NCBI GenBank assembly: GCA_965214705.1
Contig: OZ243972.1
Span: 3,296,001-3,360,000 of the forward strand
Direction of reading: 5' to 3'
DNA length: 64,000 bases
Origin: Alphaproteobacteria bacterium
Lineage (GTDB): Bacteria > Pseudomonadota > Alphaproteobacteria > UBA828
Made by a program: the position numbers and the translations under genes. Positions 62,419-64,000 of the stretch are shown piece after piece; positions within the stretch are counted from its first letter, which is position 1; every line of letters starts with the position of its first letter. A model generated the notes under the pieces. That model saw nothing but the letters and a program-made list of their open reading frames with translations, did not search any database and was not told the origin of the DNA.

Positions 62419-64000
62419 ATGGTGATGACGGCGGTTGAGGCGTATTTCGCCGATCTGCGGCGGGTGCGCGCATCGGGCGGGGCGACCGGGGAGCGGTCGC
62501 TCTACGCCCCGCTCGCGAACCTGTTGAACGCCGTCGGCGTGACGCTCAAGCCGAAAGTGTTCTGCGTCGGGGAACTCGCCGACCAAGGCGTCGGCCATCC
62601 CGATTTCGGCCTTTACGCAGCGAAACAGGTTCAGAAGGGCCGGCCGCGCGAGGGGCAGACGCCGGAGGGCGGCGTGGTTGAAGTCAAGGCTGCCGGAGAC
62701 GACGCCTGGCTCACGGCTTCGGGCGATCAGGTCAGCCGTTACTGGGGCCGCTATCGACTGGTGTTGGTGACCAACACACGCGACTTCGTGCTGGTAGGCG
62801 AGGATGCGGCGGGCCGCCCGGCGCGGCTGGAGACGTTCCGACTGGCGGACAGCGTGGACAGCTTCCACCGCAAGTTGGAGAAGCCTCGCGCGTTCGCCGG
62901 AGAAGTCGGCGCGGGTCTTGCCGAATATCTCGCCCGCGCGCTGTCGCATCGTGCGGCGCTTGCCGAGCCGAAGGACCTGGCGTGGCTGCTCGCCTCCTAC
63001 GCCCGCGACGGGCTCGCGCGTGTCGAGGCGGCGGGCGACGCGCCGCAGCTTGCGGCGGTGCGCAAGGCGCTCGAAGAAGCGCTCGGCGTCCGCTTCGAGG
63101 GCGAGCGGGGCGCGCGGTTCTTCCGCTCGACGCTGGTGCAGACGCTGTTCTACGGCGTCTTCTCCGCCTGGGTGTTGTGGGCGCGGCAACTGTCACCGCC
63201 GATGGACGCATTCGACTGGCGCACGGCGGTCTGGCATCTGCGCGCGCCGGTGCTACGGGCCTTGTTCCAGCAACTGTCCGATCCCGGACGATTGCAACCG
63301 CTCGGGCTGGTCGAAGTACTCGACTGGGCCTCCGCCGCACTCGACCGAGTGGACCGTGCCGCCTTCTTCGCTCGCTTCGCCGAGGGCGAGGCGGTGCCCT
63401 ACTTCTACGAGCCGTTTCTCGAAGCCTTCGACCCCGGCCTGCGCAAGCAGCTCGGGGTGTGGTACACGCCGACGGAAGTGGTCCGCTACATGGTCGCCCG
63501 CGTGGACCGTGCATTGAAAGATGACCTCGACATCGCCGACGGGCTGGCGGCAGAGAACGTCTACGTGCTCGATCCCTGCTGCGGGACCGGGGCCTATCTC
63601 GCCGAAGTGCTGCGCCGCATCGCCGCCAATCTCAAGGGCCGGGGCCTGGGCGCGCTCGCTGGGGCGCGGGTGAAGCAGGCGGCGACAGAACGCGTGTTCG
63701 GCTTCGAGATCATGCCCGCGCCTTTCGTGGTGGCGCATCTGCAAGTCGGGCTCACCATGCAGGACCTCGACACGCCGCTGGTCGATGATGGAGATGAACG
63801 TGCCGGCGTCTTCCTTACCAACGCGCTCACCGGCTGGGAGCCGCGCACAACCAAGCCGCTGCCCTTCCCCGAGCTTGAGCAGGAGCGCGACCGGGCGGAG
63901 CGAGTGAAGCAGGAGACGCCGGTCCTCGTGATCCTCGGCAACCCACCCTACAACGGCTTCGCCGGCATGGCGGTGGACGAGGAGCGAGAGCTGTCCGAAG
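62419..64000 (+). CDS. Fused restriction-modification enzyme (PD-ExK nuclease + N6-adenine methyltransferase; Type IIG/ISP-like), 3' end outside the window
   Basis: Open frame from ATG 62419, absent from the ORF track because it has no stop: HPDFG..VVEVK, GVWYTP, LDPCCGTG, ILGNPPY. Confidence 0.88.
   Translation, partial: MVMTAVEAYFADLRRVRASGGATGERSLYAPLANLLNAVGVTLKPKVFCVGELADQGVGHPDFGLYAAKQVQKGRPREGQTPEGGVVEVKAAGDDAWLTASGDQVSRYWGRYRLVLVTNTRDFVLVGEDAAGRPARLETFRLADSVDSFHRKLEKPRAFAGEVGAGLAEYLARALSHRAALAEPKDLAWLLASYARDGLARVEAAGDAPQLAAVRKALEEALGVRFEGERGARFFRSTLVQTLFYGVFSAWVLWARQLSPPMDAFDWRTAVWHLRAPVLRALFQQLSDPGRLQPLGLVEVLDWASAALDRVDRAAFFARFAEGEAVPYFYEPFLEAFDPGLRKQLGVWYTPTEVVRYMVARVDRALKDDLDIADGLAAENVYVLDPCCGTGAYLAEVLRRIAANLKGRGLGALAGARVKQAATERVFGFEIMPAPFVVAHLQVGLTMQDLDTPLVDDGDERAGVFLTNALTGWEPRTTKPLPFPELEQERDRAERVKQETPVLVILGNPPYNGFAGMAVDEERELSE

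Larger units (their letters stand above)
46450..64000. mobile_element. Accessory genomic island (left boundary approximate, right end beyond the window)
   Basis: Three integrase genes, IS and MITE relics, an R-M gene and visibly less extreme GC/codon bias than the core. Confidence 0.6.

Overview
GC-rich alphaproteobacterial chromosome segment (Rhodospirillales-like by gene content; a host-associated lifestyle is only an inference). Left: a creatinase-like / ATP-dependent hydantoinase AB / BMP-type ABC transporter / DUF1989 operon, a GNAT, and two back-to-back complete IS1634-family elements with readable IRs and TSDs. Middle: glmS-glmU, gph, a second hydantoinase BA pair, eno-ftsB-pdhABC-lpdA-lipA-coq10, amidase, GST, an NDUFS4-like gene, mazEF next to a possible tRNA-Arg relic, higBA and an ornithine cyclodeaminase homologue, with several palindromic intergenic repeats. 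From about 46.45 kb: an accessory island. It holds an Arm-type integrase disrupted by a 167-bp IS1595-like MITE, IS5 and IS4 relics, and an amidase / class-III aminotransferase / hydantoinase BA / TauD / IclR / CoA-transferase catabolic cluster clipped by a truncated IS1634 end. It ends with a tandem pair of Arm-type tyrosine integrases with full catalytic motifs, a 212-bp MITE, and a fused nuclease-methyltransferase R-M gene running off the window. Best novelty candidates: the integrase duo element, the creatinase-HyuAB-DUF1989 operon and the lactam-type catabolic island. No rRNA, intact tRNA or CRISPR array was seen. All calls come from motif reading by eye; no searches were run.
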